This document shows, piece by piece, positions 47,794-63,860 of a DNA stretch of 64,000 nucleotides (positions within the stretch are counted from its first letter, which is position 1; every line of letters begins with the position of its first letter). The stretch covers positions 868,001 to 932,000 of the forward strand of contig MU008164.1 of NCBI GenBank assembly GCA_010909165.1, in the 5' to 3' direction. The translations under genes were made by a program, and so were the position numbers. The notes under the pieces are model-generated. The model was not told where the DNA came from. It saw only the letters and a program-made list of their open reading frames with translations, and did not search any database. The stretch comes from Anthoceros angustus (lineage: Eukaryota > Plantae > Anthocerotophyta).

Positions 47794-48481
47794 ATGTACA
47801 CCATGGCCTCACGTGATTACATTCATTTCGAAGTCAGTTTAAAAATCTTTCTACAGTCCACCCCCCCTAATTGGGATTAGTTCGGAGTGCCTTTAGAGGA
47901 GGTGTCCCGATTATATTTTTCCTATTTAAAAATATTAAAAATATTATAAATAAAAATACCCATAAAAAAATTTAAATTTTGATTGATAGGTTTCACTAAA
48001 AATAACTTCTACCACTTCTCTACTTAGTTGCTTGAAAGCTAGCACTCTCTCTAAGAAGCATTAAAAAACCTGTATCTATCATAAAGAAAAAAGCTTAGCT
48101 TAGGAGTCTTCAATCACACTCTATTGTGCTCTGAAGTAATCAATTCCTTTTTCCTTTTTTATTTTTTTTAATAAAAAAATAAAAAATCCTATTTAGGGAG
48201 ATGAAACTAACATGAATGCATGTTTCAAAAGCTCCTAATTATCATTTAGAGAAAAGTCTCATTTTTTACACTGTAAACTAAAGGGAGTAGAATTGGAGGT
48301 CCCATTTTATAGAGTTCCATTCAAAGAGGAATCCCATTTATAGAGTTCCCAATTATGGGGGGCCGACCGTATTTGGCAACTTTTGCGGAGCATACTCTAC
48401 AAGATACCGTCATCAATTGTCCCCCGGGTGATCCGTAAGCATGCACGTAACCACAGCAATGACTTTGTGCCGTTCACAGTT

Positions 48482-48556
48482 CTAATCCTTTCCAAAATCT
48501 GTGCTATAATGAGCACTGGACTCCAGCTTTTTGGCATCGTTGAGCTTTCGAACAGC
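48482..48556 (-). pseudogene. Duplicated RPT4 terminal exon (AVRKLNDAKKLESSAHYSTDFGKD*) with acceptor and 3' flank
   Basis: Part of a block at about 47050-48590 that matches about 49375-50495. The exon differs from 50479-50405 only by one synonymous change (CTG/CTT). Confidence 0.85.
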
Positions 48557-50404
48557 CTGTCAAGAAATGAACCGTTGGTCTAGTGTTTGGGAGAAAGATG
48601 TAATAATGAATAGGTTCTGTGATCGAAATCATGTCTTTTTAATAACTCAACTTTGTTGATTTTAAGGATGCTTGCATGGGCGCATGGGCAACTAACTTTG
48701 TTCATTTTAAGGACGCTGGCATTTCCTTAAAGCCCAAGTGGTTGCATTGAGTGCCATAAGGTTGAAGACCACGACTGGCGACCTTTTGGATGAGGGTCGA
48801 GACCCTAATCGTGTGGCGATCGACACCGTGAGCCAGGCCCAAGAATGATACTATTGAAGGCAGCAAGCAATGGAGGAGAACGACAACTTTGAGGCGGACG
48901 ATATGGACCGCCTCGAATATAGCGGTGGTACTTGACTTAGTTTGTGAGGCATGGATGAGTCGCCAGCCGCACTCTTCAATGACTATTGTCGATGCTGATG
49001 ACCACTTCCTCCTTTAGCAGTTGTTTGTTGCAATGTTCTCACGACCACTGAAATAAGATTCCTGCTAGTACAAGATTGTTTTCATTGTGTTCCACCACTT
49101 GAAAGTAGAAGTTTTCGGTTGTAATAAACATATGAAAATGGCAGCCCTCTATGCATAGACTAAAACGCAAACGGGCCCACACCCTACTGTGCTCCAGTTC
49201 TCGGGTGTAGACTTGAAAGTGCATCTTTTATCAAAGGTATGACCTCAGAAAGGGTGTGCGCATTATCGAAGTAGGGCAAATATGCTGTTCTAGAAAAGGT
49301 GTTCTTCGTGACAAGGGGGTGCTGTCTCGACCGAAGGGGGTTACTATATTCCCCCCCTTCAAAAATTATCATGTTCATACCTTACATCCAGTTTTGATGA
49401 GTACGTATATATAGGCATACCTTACACTAAAAGATATGAGGTAGGCCTCACATTAGACTGTAATTTGGCACACCATGCTAGCCCATAAAGGCATCAACTA
49501 AGAGGGTGGATCGAATATCTCTAGGGCAAATCTACCTATATGGTCAAATGCCTTGGCAGTCTAGGGCAGATCTACCTATACGGTCAAATGCCCTAGTAGT
49601 CTAGAGCAGATCTACCTATATGGTCAAATGCCTTGGCAGTTTAGGGCACATCTACCTATACGGTCAAATGCCTTGGCAGTCTAGGGCAGATCTACCTATA
49701 CGGTCAAATGCCTGCGGCCCAGCGTACGTATGTACACCATGGCCCCACGTGATTACATTCATTTCGAAGTCAGTTTAAAAAACTTTCTACAGTCCACCCC
49801 CCCTAATTAGGACTGGTTCGGAGTGACTTTAGAGGAGGTGTCCCGATTACATTTTTCCTATTTAAAAATATTAACATATTAAAAATAAAAAATACCCATA
49901 AAAAAGAAAATTTAAATTTTGATTGATAGGTTTCACTAAAAATAACTTCTACCACTTCTCTACTTAGTTGCTTGAAAGCTAGCACTCTCTCTAAGAAGCA
50001 TTAAAAAACCTGTACCTATCATAAAGAAAAAAGCTTAGCTTAGGAGTCTTCAATCACACTCTGTTGTGCTGTGAAGTAATCGATTCCTTTTTTCTTTAAG
50101 TAAAGAAATTAAAAATCCCATTTAAGGAGATGAAACTAACATGAATGTAGGTTTCAAAAGGTCCGAATTATTATTTAGAGAAAAGTTCCATTTTTTACAC
50201 TGTAAACTAAAGGGAGTAGGATTGAAGGTCCCATTTAATCCCATTTAGAGAGGAATCCCATTTATAGAGTTCCCAATTATGGGGGGCCGACTGTATTTGG
50301 CAACTTTTGCGGAGCATCCTTTACAAGATACCGTATCAATTGTCCCCCGGGTGATCCGTAAGCATGCACGTAACCACAGAAATGACTTTGTGCCGTTCAC
50401 AGTT

Positions 50405-52546
<2,142 letters not shown>

Positions 52547-52769
52547 GTGTTCCTCTGCGTCAGGCACCCTAAACTTGCGAGGTGTGGACTGTATGTTAAA
52601 AACTTTAACATATCCATTTCTCTGTGAAAGTCCTACCTACATAATATTGCCTATAGAGGGCTACCTATGAGAGTTTGCCCTAGGAAGTCGTCGTCTTCTA
52701 TTTAGGGTATCAGATCGAAAATTCCTTCCTTTCTGCCTCCCAGCTCAGGCTTCGGCAGCGCTCGGCAAG
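52547..52769. promoter_or_regulatory. Very short divergent (bidirectional) promoter region between RPT4 and RPSA
   Basis: The two ATGs are head-to-head with only 223 bp between them. Confidence 0.65.
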
Positions 52770-54225
<1,456 letters not shown>

Positions 54226-54614
54226 TTGCAGTTTGATACACGCTCGAGTTTTGTAGCTTGTTGCTCATCTTGCCGGGAAGACAGACAGATAAGTTAGTAA
54301 GTACTGTGGTACCTTTAATGTATTAGTTGACGTGCGAGATCCTGGTAAGCTGCCACAATTTTGTTTCCTCTCAGTTCTAGAGGCTGTGAATTCGCAGTCG
54401 ATTGCATTTGCACTGGCAAGTTGTTTCGTGCCTACCAAGTGGTAGACCGGAGTTTTACTTAAATGCGGGTCTGCCCTTGCTGATGTCCTTAGCTTGAAGA
54501 TCCGTGATTTCGCCCTCAAACGGCCTAGGAACCTGTACTACTAATAGATTACGTCATCATTACCTGGCACAGTGATACCTGCGGCAGGCAGGGGATGGGG
54601 CACAGACCCGGCGG

Positions 54615-54880
54615 GCGTATGGATATGGTGTCCCCACCCTGTATGATGGACTACAGCATCCCGACATCCACTTATGAGTTGAAAGATGCATCCACTTTGA
54701 GATGAAAGATGCATCCACTTTGAGATGAAAGGTGCATCCACTTTGAAATGAAAGATGCTTGAATGTACCAGGTAGCTTGACAGTTAGCGCGTATCACATT
54801 GCCGGATAAGACGTCCCCACCCTCTACCGGAACCCTTTTAACATTCGCCATATCCACTTTGAGATTAAAGGTGCGTGAAT
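54615..54880. repeat. Small repeat cluster: 21-bp tandem unit (about 4 copies) inside a ~185-bp-period direct repeat
   Basis: gaaagatgcatccactttgagat repeated at 54680-54760; gtccccaccct...atccactt recurs near 54625 and 54810-54860. Confidence 0.7.
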
Positions 54881-55414
54881 GCAGCAGATGGCTTGACAGC
54901 AAGAGCATTCGCGCAAGGCCTACTGGTACCGGAGAAGACCAGACCATCACCATTCACATATGTGGAATCGGATCAGGTTTGTTTGAGGTCCAACCAGGTG
55001 GAATCATGTGATTCGTACCCGTTCACGTTCAACGACGCAAGCACGGTAGCGCGCAACAGGCCAAGATGTGACTGTTAGACACCATCCAACCTTCGTGAGG
55101 TATAACACATAGCACTTATTGCAAATTTACTAATGCAACACAGAGGTGCCTATCTCTCTCTACTTATTCAATAACCTGCCCCTTTCATCCAAAGTGGGAG
55201 ACAAACGTAGGGCTTGCAGAGAAACATTCAGAGAACCTTCACAAAATAGCTTCGAGATTGAGTGAAAGATAATTATAGGTAGAGTGCACCTACATCTATA
55301 TAATACTGTTACACGTCAATAATCAACCCTGCAGACGGCAGCCAAAATCAAACAATTTACAAAGCCGGACTCCTACATTATAGTACAGGAAGACGGACTT
55401 GCACATTGAATGTA

Positions 55415-57765
55415 CTAGGCCGGCACAGGCTCAGTGGAGAGATCGATCCCTGCATCCAGCACCAGCTGTCGTGCGAGGTTGGCGAGGCTGGCCATGGCAT
55501 CCCCCATGAGCTCCAGGGCAGCGTCCCCGTTGTGTATGCCCGTCATGTTGCTCAGCAGCCTGGAGAGGTTAGGCCCCGTCTCCACTACCTTTGGCCGCGG
55601 GGCGGCCACCACTGCGGGCTCGCCCATGCTCGCCGTGGCCACCAGCTCCTGGCTCAGCTCAGCTAATCTGTGCAAGGCAGACATAGCCGTCTCGGCCTCC
55701 AGCTTGGCCAGCTCCAGCTCCAGCTTCTCCACCTCCGCCATCGCCGGCTCCGCCTGCATCCCCACCTCCTCCAGCCGCGTCAGCTGCAACGCGGCCACCA
55801 CGGAGGGTTTCACCTCCTGCTCCTTCATCACCAAGGCCCGCTGCGCGTTCAGCAGCTCCTCGTTCTTCTCCTTTAAACACTCCTTCACGGCCTCCAGCTC
55901 CGCCTCCACCTCCTTCCTCCGCAGCTCATTCCCCACGGACTGCTCGTACAGCCGCTGCAGCTGCAGCTCCGTCTCCAGCAGCGCGCGGTTTGCCGCGAAC
56001 ACGTCGCAGTTGGCCTGGATCAGCAGCGACCCTTCATCCGACCTCACTGAGGGAAGTCCCATGGAAGAAGACGACTCCACCAGCAGCCTGGACAGAGAGC
56101 TGATCTGCTCCACCACGGAGGTAGCCTCCGCCAGCCGCATCTTGCTCTCCTGCAAATCTCCCTGCATCAGCACCATCTGGTCGTCCTTCTCCTGCAAAGC
56201 CAGCATTGTCCCCGCCAGCTGCTGCTCTTTGCTCTTGAGCACTACCCGCACCTCCGCTACCTCCTTCTCCAGCCCCTTGATCCGCCTTTCCGCCACAGCC
56301 AGCTCCTGGCTTTTATCCTCCACCACGCGCCTCACATCCGCGAACTCCAACTTCAACTCCTCGATCTCCATCTTGCTCGCCTCCAACTCCACCTCCTTCG
56401 CCTGCAAAGCAACATTCACCTTCACCAGCTCCTTCTCCCGCAACCCTAGCTCCGCCTTCAATTCCTTCACTTCCTTCACCGCCATGGCCAGCCCCTCTCG
56501 CTCCCACACCAGCTCCATCTTCACAACCCCGGCTCCTTCTTCTCCTCCTCCAGCCTCACCTCCAGGGCCTTGTACGCGCTCTGCCAGGACTGCACCTCCT
56601 CCCTGGCCTCCGCCAGCCGCTTCACGCTGGCCTCCAGCTGCTCCGCCTGCGCCTTAATTGTCTTCTTCTGCTCCCGCAGCAGCTCCCCCTGCCGACCGAG
56701 CTTCCCCCGCTGCTCCTCCACTACGTTCTTGAACGTGGCCACGGACTTCTGGCTCTCCCGCAGTTCTCCCTCAACCTCCTTCATCACAGCCTTCGCCATA
56801 GCCACCTCCCGCCTTGCCTCCTCCCCGCCTTCCCGCTGCCCCCGCACCTCCGCCTCCAGCCGCTTGATCTCCTCCCCGGCCTGGAGCCAAGCCACAACCT
56901 TCCCCTCCAGCTCCCTCGCCGTCTCATCCAACACCACCTCCTTGTCCTTCAGCTCCCGCTCCAGCGACAGCACTCTCCGCTCCTGCTCCTGCATCATCCC
57001 CCGCATCCTCTCCATCCCCGTGGACTGCTCCTTCACGGTCTTTATGCTTCCCCGCAGCTCCACATCCTTGGCCTTCAGCGCCTCGGCCACCATCGCCAGC
57101 TCCACGTCCTTCTCCTTAACCAAGCCCTGAAGCCTTCCCAGCTCCTTCTCCCTCACCCCGAGCGCGGCCTGCGCCACCCCGATCTCAGACTCCCGCTCCT
57201 GCAGCATCCGCTTGGCCTTCTGCAGCTCCCCGGCCTGCACAGCCAGCCGCTTCTGGGACCGGCTCACTTCCGTCTTCCTGTCGTCGTAGGTGGAGCGCAC
57301 AGCCATGAGCTCCTGCTCCCACTTGTGCAGCTCGGCGCGGGACATCTGCACCTCCCACTGGTCCGCCTTGAGCGCCTTCTCGGCCGCCCGGAGCTCCTCC
57401 TCCTTACTCCGCAAAGCCGCCAGGGCCTCGTTCAGATCCACCTCCAGCGCGTTCACTGCAACCTCCAGGGCCCGGCTCTCGGCTTCCCCGGCTGCAGGCC
57501 GCCGCTGGAACAGGCGCTCCAGGGCCTCCCGCACCGGGTCCCCCTGCCCGCTCCCTGCCGGAGGCGAGCTCGGCTTGTCCAGCACTGCGCGGACCTGCAT
57601 CCGCTGCTGCTGCTGCCGCTCCTGCTGCCGCCATCGCCGAGCTCCTCCAACTGTTCCCACTCCCACTCCCAGCCCCAGAGGCACACGCTGCGCGTGTCCT
57701 TGCTGCAACCCGCGACTGCCATTGCAACCCACCACCACAGCGCGTCCCGTCGCTACAGCCGCCAT
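55415..57765 (-). CDS. MRC: Chloroplast coiled-coil protein MRC/PII1 (starch granule initiation), intronless, one frameshift near 56535
   Basis: Transit peptide, RAVLD...EALERLF, LEVDLNEALAALRSKEEELRAAEK, long coiled coil, LELELAKLEAETAMSALHRLAELSQEL, LARQLVLDAGI, matching recalled Arabidopsis At4g32190. Split into ORFs 56521-57858 and 55415-56524. Confidence 0.85.
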
Positions 57766-58390
57766 CGCCGTCCGGTCGCTCAAGCTTTCATGCCCAGGTT
57801 CGTCTCCACTCGTCTCTTTAACTTGCACACGGCCCAGTCGTCGGGCGTCGGGCTCCACAAATTCGTCTCGCCCCTGTCACCGGCTCATTCGGGCCACGCC
57901 ACCTGTCTCACCACACGCCTCCCGGTCACGCTCACCGCCTACGCCGGTTTGCCTGTTGCATACATTGGACTGGACAACTTGGCTGGAGTGTGGACATGGA
58001 CCGTCTGCCTTCTCTGGTCTTCGTGCTCCCATTGATTTGCGAAGAGGGCGGCCTTACGTGGAACTGTCTGAATCAGAAAGGGAATATTAAATTAGAGAGG
58101 ATCGCATTATTAAGAATAAGGGTGGGTAGACATCAACGGATGACGTGTCATGGTGCGATGGGCAGGGACATGTGCAATTGACATATCTCATGTCAGGATG
58201 AAGAGACAAAATAAGAGTTAGTTCACCATCCTCGAGGTTGCAACCACCAGGTAAGTAATATGTAGACTACCGATGTCGGCAGCGGCAGTGTAATCTGTTC
58301 AGACAAGAAATTGAGACTGAAAGCTGTCGTACCTTGCACAATTAGGCTGCAGGACTCTCGTAATTTGCTTCATTTTCTCCTTTGCAGACC

Positions 58391-60589
58391 ATGGAAGGGA
58401 GGAACCGGCCTCTGCTGCGGAAGGGAGTGATGGGGGCACCCTCAGCTTCTTGCATCCCGTCTTCCTGGCTGGAAGGCATTGTGCTGGTTGTCATGACCTT
58501 CACCTGTGAGTGACAATTCTGCTGTGGGTCGTGGGTGAGGCAGTGTGAAAGAATGAGGGTGCCTGAGCTGTGGATTGAGAGTTCGTGAAAGTGTGCAGGC
58601 ACGCGCTGGGTGGACCATGCGTGGGAGGGAGGAGGAGGAGGGGCCGGGAAGGGGAGCCCCAATTTGGTGTTACACTCGGGGTACAAGAAGTTCGGTAGCC
58701 TGGAGGATGCGTTGGGGGAGCAGGCTGGATGGGTTGGGAGGACCTTGTCTCTCAGAGTGTATGTGTATGAGGAGGAGGAGGTGGAAGGGTTGAAGAAACT
58801 GGTGGCCGGGCGTGACCACAGAATAGAGGAGAGGCGGTGTGAGGCTGGGCAGTGGGGGACGCAGGTCCTGAGCTCGTTCTTGTGCTTGGTTTGTGTGCCT
58901 TGGGCAATGTTGGGTGCAGGGTATTGACAGGGAATTGGTGCAGGTGAAAATCCATAAGTTTCTTCTCAACTCAGAGGTGCGGACTAGGGACAAGGACAAG
59001 GCTCACCTCTTCTTTGTTCCTGCCTACATCAAGTGCGTGCGCATGGCAGGTGGTCTTTCTGATAAGGAAATCAATAGCACCTTTGTGGAGGTGCGAAGTT
59101 CTCACCTGTTCAGAATGTTGGCAGGCAACCAGGCGCTGCTGCAGCTATCTCTCATGTCGTGCTTGCCGTTTCCTCCAGGTGCTGCAGCAAATGCCCTACT
59201 TTAGACGGTCTGGTGGGAGGGACCATGTTTTTGTGTTCCCAAGGTACATGGTTTGGCTGTGGGCGACAGGGCTTCTGCACTTTTGCTCCACTTCTCAAGC
59301 TGCTCACATTGTCCCAAGCACATGGTTTAAACAATCTGTGATCCGCTAGCTTTGCTGGTCGTGTCGAGCAAAGTGCTTAGCTCAGCTTGGACACAATTTG
59401 TTGTGCCGGTGGGGACATGCAGTGGAGCTGGTGCGCACCTGTTCAAAGACTGGGCTGTCTTTCTCAATCGCTCAATCTTCCTTACACCGGAGGTAAGGTT
59501 GGAACATCTTTCTGTTACGTCCTTGTACGTCTTCCCGAAGTTAGTCCATGTAGTAGGTTCTCTGCATGAGATCCTGTTTCTGGTCTGCATGCAGGGTGAT
59601 AGAACGGACAAGCGGGGCACCAGTGCTTTCAATACTTGGAAGGATATCATCATCCCAGGAAATGTTGATAATGGGATACCTATGCACAATTCCTCGGTAC
59701 ACGAGGTACTCAAGCCCGTGGCTCTTGCACGACGCAAGTATCTTGCAAATTTTCTTGGGCGTGCCCAGGGAAAAGCTGGACGGCTCAAGATTGTTGAACT
59801 TGGGAAACAGTTTCCTGAACAGGTTCTGCACTGTCCTGGAATGTTCCTGTGGTGGAGGAAGAGAAAGCAAAGATAAGATGTAGGTTTACCTGGGATGTGC
59901 AATCTTTTTTTTTTGCAGTTGGATGCCCCAATTTTGCAGCTCACAGGACCTGCGAAGCTCGGGCAAAAAGCTTACCTGGAGAGATTGAAAGATGCAAAAT
60001 TCTGCCTAGCGCCTAGAGGGGAATCGTCTTGGACTCTCCGGTTCTACGAGTCTTTCTTTGTGGTAACTCTCCCCGCTCACTGGGTTCATATGCTGAGGCA
60101 GTCTTCGCCGCTGGAACTTGACATGTCTGCATGTTTTAGGAATGCGTACCAGTCATTCTTTCAGATCAAATCGAGCTGCCATTTCAAACCCTCCTCGACT
60201 ACGCATCATTTTCGATCAAGTGGCCTGCCACAAGAATTGACGAGAGTTTGCTTCAGTATCTGGCATCCATACCAGGTATTACCATGAAATAAGTCTTCCC
60301 TAGAATGCTAATTCGGCAAGTGCACAGCTCACCCAGCTTGATTTTATTTCTCATGTCAGATAGAGAGGTTGAGAAGCTGCTTCGCAGAGGACGACAAGTG
60401 CGCTGCTTGTGGGTGTATGGCCCAGATTCCGAACCATGCACAGCCATGACTGGCATTCTCTGGGAACTTGAGCAAAAAGTGAGAATGTTCCAGCAGTCTG
60501 CTGAGACATTCTGGCTACACAATGGGTCCGTTGTAGATCGGCACCTACGACCCATGAGGGATTGGACATTCCCTCTTCCGCTGCCATGA
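58391..60589 (+). CDS. Exostosin-family glycosyltransferase (GT47), multi-exon
   Basis: N-terminal TM exon (MEGRNR...GIVLVVMTFT), LRVYVYE, GQWGTQVKIH, FFVPAYIKC, YFRRSGGRDHVFVFPSG, KFCLAPRGESSWTLRFYE, ECVPVILSD. Confidence 0.92.
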
Positions 60590-60637
60590 TGTCTGCTGGC
60601 TTGCGGAGTGTGAACAAGTTTCAGGCGAGGACTAAGA

Positions 60638-62479
60638 TCAACGGCTGCGTCCCCTGCCATAGCCTGAATTGTTCTTCAGCGGGGAGCCCTTCGACGGGCA
60701 ATTTGGAGCCCAGTGACCCGGTTTCCCACACTTATAGCAATTGTTCTTGGAATTAGGACTAAGACTAACCTTTTGACTCTTAGCTTGAGAAGGATTGCTC
60801 CGACAATCAGGAGCCCAGTGCCCTGGTTGCCCACACTTAAAGCAGGGACCGCCTCGTCCTCCCGAACTGGACATGCCCCCACTGTTCTGTGCGCCCGTGC
60901 TTCTGGTAGTATTCCTGGAACCAGGGCTGGCCCATGGCTTCTGAGGAGAAATACGAGCAGGGCAATTAGGAGCCCAGTGGCCTGGTTGACCACATTTGTA
61001 ACAGGCACCGCTGGTCTTTCCTGCATTGTCTTCCTGGGAGCCTAACCTTGGCCCACCCTCTTGCACACCAGAGGTGCCCGTGTTTCTTTGTTGTGGACAG
61101 TCTTTCGACCAATGTCCGGTGTGGCCACAGGTGAAGCAGTTCCCGGTGTTTCCACCTCCCCCTCCTGGACTACCAAAGCCTGCATGACCAGCTGCACCTG
61201 CATTCTGATTACCACCTTGCCTTCCAGAGCTGCTCGTGCTTCTTTGCTGTGGACAGTCTTTTGACCAGTGTCCGCTCTGTCCACAAGTGAAGCAATTCCC
61301 CGTGTTCCCACCTCCCCCACCTGGACTACTGACTCCTGCATGACCTGCCGGTGGACTCTGGTGCGCTGCACCTGCACTCTGATAGCCACCTGAACTACCA
61401 AAGCCTGGGTTACCAGCTGCCATTCGACTCTGGTACGCTGCACCCTGCCTATCACCAAAGCTGTTGGAAAAGTCTCGACCATAAGATCCTCCACTGGCTT
61501 TGGAAGAATCATCATCACACCACTTGAAGAAACCACAAGTCTGCAAATCCAGAACAAAAAACCTATAAGGTCACAGCTCTAGCTTCATGCATGCGTTACC
61601 ATCATGCCGAGGAAGCATGCTGACTCGACAAGGGAGGGCGAGCGAAAAATCGTCTACACCAACCTGCGCTTTAGGACAACGATAGAACATCCGTCCATTG
61701 TTCTTCTCCGTTTTGGCCGTCAACACAGTGCACGTGCCTGCGCCACAAGGGCAATCCATCTGAGGTTGTAAAATCCGATCTGCAGGCCAGCCGGAGTCTC
61801 CTCTACCCGCAACCTGAGTCTGGCCGTCTCTGGGATACCCTTGGCTTCCTCCACTGTCACACCATTCAAAGAAACTACAGCCTTCATCCTACTCGTCCAA
61901 AACACAAAACCACAAAATCCGTAAGCTCTGCAGCACAACATGCAGATCTTTCATCAACAGGACAGCAAAATTCAAAAAAAACCTTCTCACCTTGCCTTTC
62001 GGACACCTATAAAATCTTCTTCCCATGTTCTTCTCAGTCCGCGCCGTGAGCACAGAACACAAGCCCGCCCCACAAGGACACGACCTGTCCGGCACCGCGC
62101 CAGATTGCTGACCCGATCCGGAACCTCCATAGCTTTCTGCTGCGCGATTAGGTCCCCCCTCGTAGCCAATGCCGCGAGGAGCAGGTACTTTAGACTCCCA
62201 TTTGGCACTCTTGCTCCCCTTGAGTGCAGCCGTGTAGTCTCCTTCCTCTTCAGCTGGCTGAGACGTCGAGGCCTTGTCCTCACCGTGCTCTCTTCCACAA
62301 TCCTGCTGCGGGAAAAATTCACCGGTCCCCGGAGAGTTCTGCCGCTTCCTCTTGTTGTAGGAAGGACTGACTCCATCCTCCGGCTGCGACAGCCGCCTCA
62401 CGCCTTCAGCTTCCGCAGCCTCCAGTTGCGACAGAAACGATGGATCGTCCAAATCCTCATCGTCCGCGAAAGTCGTCAT
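60638..62479 (-). CDS. GRF zinc finger (x2) + CCHC zinc knuckle (x5) nucleic-acid-binding protein (3 exons)
   Basis: CPCGAG.C.VLTA.TEKN.GR.FYRCP...CGFF.WCD twice; five CxxCxxxGHWxxxC knuckles in Gly/Ser-rich linkers. Confidence 0.88.
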
Positions 62480-63584
62480 CTCCTCCTTGGGAAATCACAA
62501 AGGCACGGAAATGCGGAATCCAACATGAGGAACCATGCAGCAGAAGGTGAAGTCGAGGAGTGGAAGTTCCAAAGGGAATGCAATCCAAACTCACATCAAA
62601 ACATTAAACATTTCTCAAAAATGGCGATTTTATGCACAGCAGATGTTATGTCGTAAACATGGTGGGATGATCTTTGTTCACGTGCAAGAAGAGGAACATA
62701 TGTACTAAAATTCACAACATATAGGTCATCGTAGGAATTCCTTCGTTATCAATTGATATATATTTTTATTTTAAATAAATAAGATATTTTATAAAAATAA
62801 ATAGGTATATATTTAGTCCTCATCAAATTGTAGCGCGAAGTGAACAGCAAACAAAGCTGTAGAACAAGAAAACTAAAAAACGAATACCTAGCCACTCAAG
62901 GTTGACACTATTACCAATGATAAAAAAGGACGAATTAATTGCTATCACTAACTAATTAATGGGGTGTACCTTATCGCCATGGTGTAGATAGGATTTTTCA
63001 TGTCTATATTTTTTATAAGTCTCTATATTTTATCCAACCAATGAGTAAACTCTGGTATTTTATCCAACCATTGAGTAAACTCTGGTATTGCAGAATGGGA
63101 GTCCAAGCTTCTAAACAGAACAATCCTATTGATATAAACAGTACTATTTAAGTATAAATTAAATATATGATAGTTAATAATTAATTGTTTGTCGGACATG
63201 ATTGTTTGATGAGCACTTGTCACCTACATTCTATATATTTACAATTTTATATGTAAGTATACATATATTATGGGACTCGAAGTGAGATTCCAACCTTGCA
63301 CAAGAATAATGCGAGTGTTTGCAACTGTGCATCATTGGATCTCACCTCTTCATCGAGGCAAGAGGAAAAAGAAGAAGAACAAAATTATTCAAGTCCAATT
63401 TTCATTATGGAAATTGCACTCGATAACTTGTACCATGGTGTGTCTAAGCTACTAGCACCAAGGGCATCCACTCCCTCTATACACCCCGTCAAGAATGAAG
63501 GGCTTTCATAGCGGAGGGCTTCGCAATGGAAGTGCTCTATGCTTAACAACATTTTCTTATAAATGTGTGTCCATTTGGCCTAAG

Positions 63585-63650
63585 CAATTTGGAGTAAGCC
63601 ATTTGGCCTAAGCCATTTGGAGTAAGCCATTTGGCCTAAGCCATTTGGAG
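63585..63650. repeat. 14-bp alternating tandem repeat (28-bp period)
   Basis: ccatttggcctaag / ccatttggagtaag alternating about 5 times. Confidence 0.9.
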
Positions 63651-63860
63651 GAAGTGGTAGGGAACGCTAGCGCGCAAGAGCTCAATTGAGTCCCCCAGCA
63701 GCGGCAACTGCCAGAAGCTGCTAGGACCTTGCGCACCGGCTCCTTTGTGGCAGCCTGTCGCTGCAGCAATCGGGAGAAGGCCAAAGTCCAGGCCAAGAGG
63801 AGCAGCGGGAGGCCCAGGATGAGTGCCAACCACACTTCCGCTGCCACTGTAGCCATCTTG
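63636..63860 (-). pseudogene. Probable cytochrome P450 5' remnant (membrane anchor + Pro/Gly hinge), frameshifted
   Basis: MATVAAEVWLALILGLPLLLLAW..., then in a second frame GPSSFWQLPLLGDSIELL, like the PPGS.GWPL.GE...F hinge. It stops at the tandem repeat. Confidence 0.45.

Noticed and set aside
49039-49378. HFHMFI / RELEH strings reminiscent of an HUH Rep motif
   Set aside because: Motif order and spacing do not fit a Rep protein, the ORFs are short and no catalytic YxxK was seen.
52700-52710. Telo-box-like tttagggt in the RPT4/RPSA spacer (and gaaccctaa near 1052)
   Set aside because: Imperfect match to AAACCCTA; too short to support alone.
55434-58090. Long plus-strand ORFs (407, 186 and 266 aa)
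   Set aside because: Ser-rich antisense mirrors of the Glu/Lys-rich MRC coiled coil.
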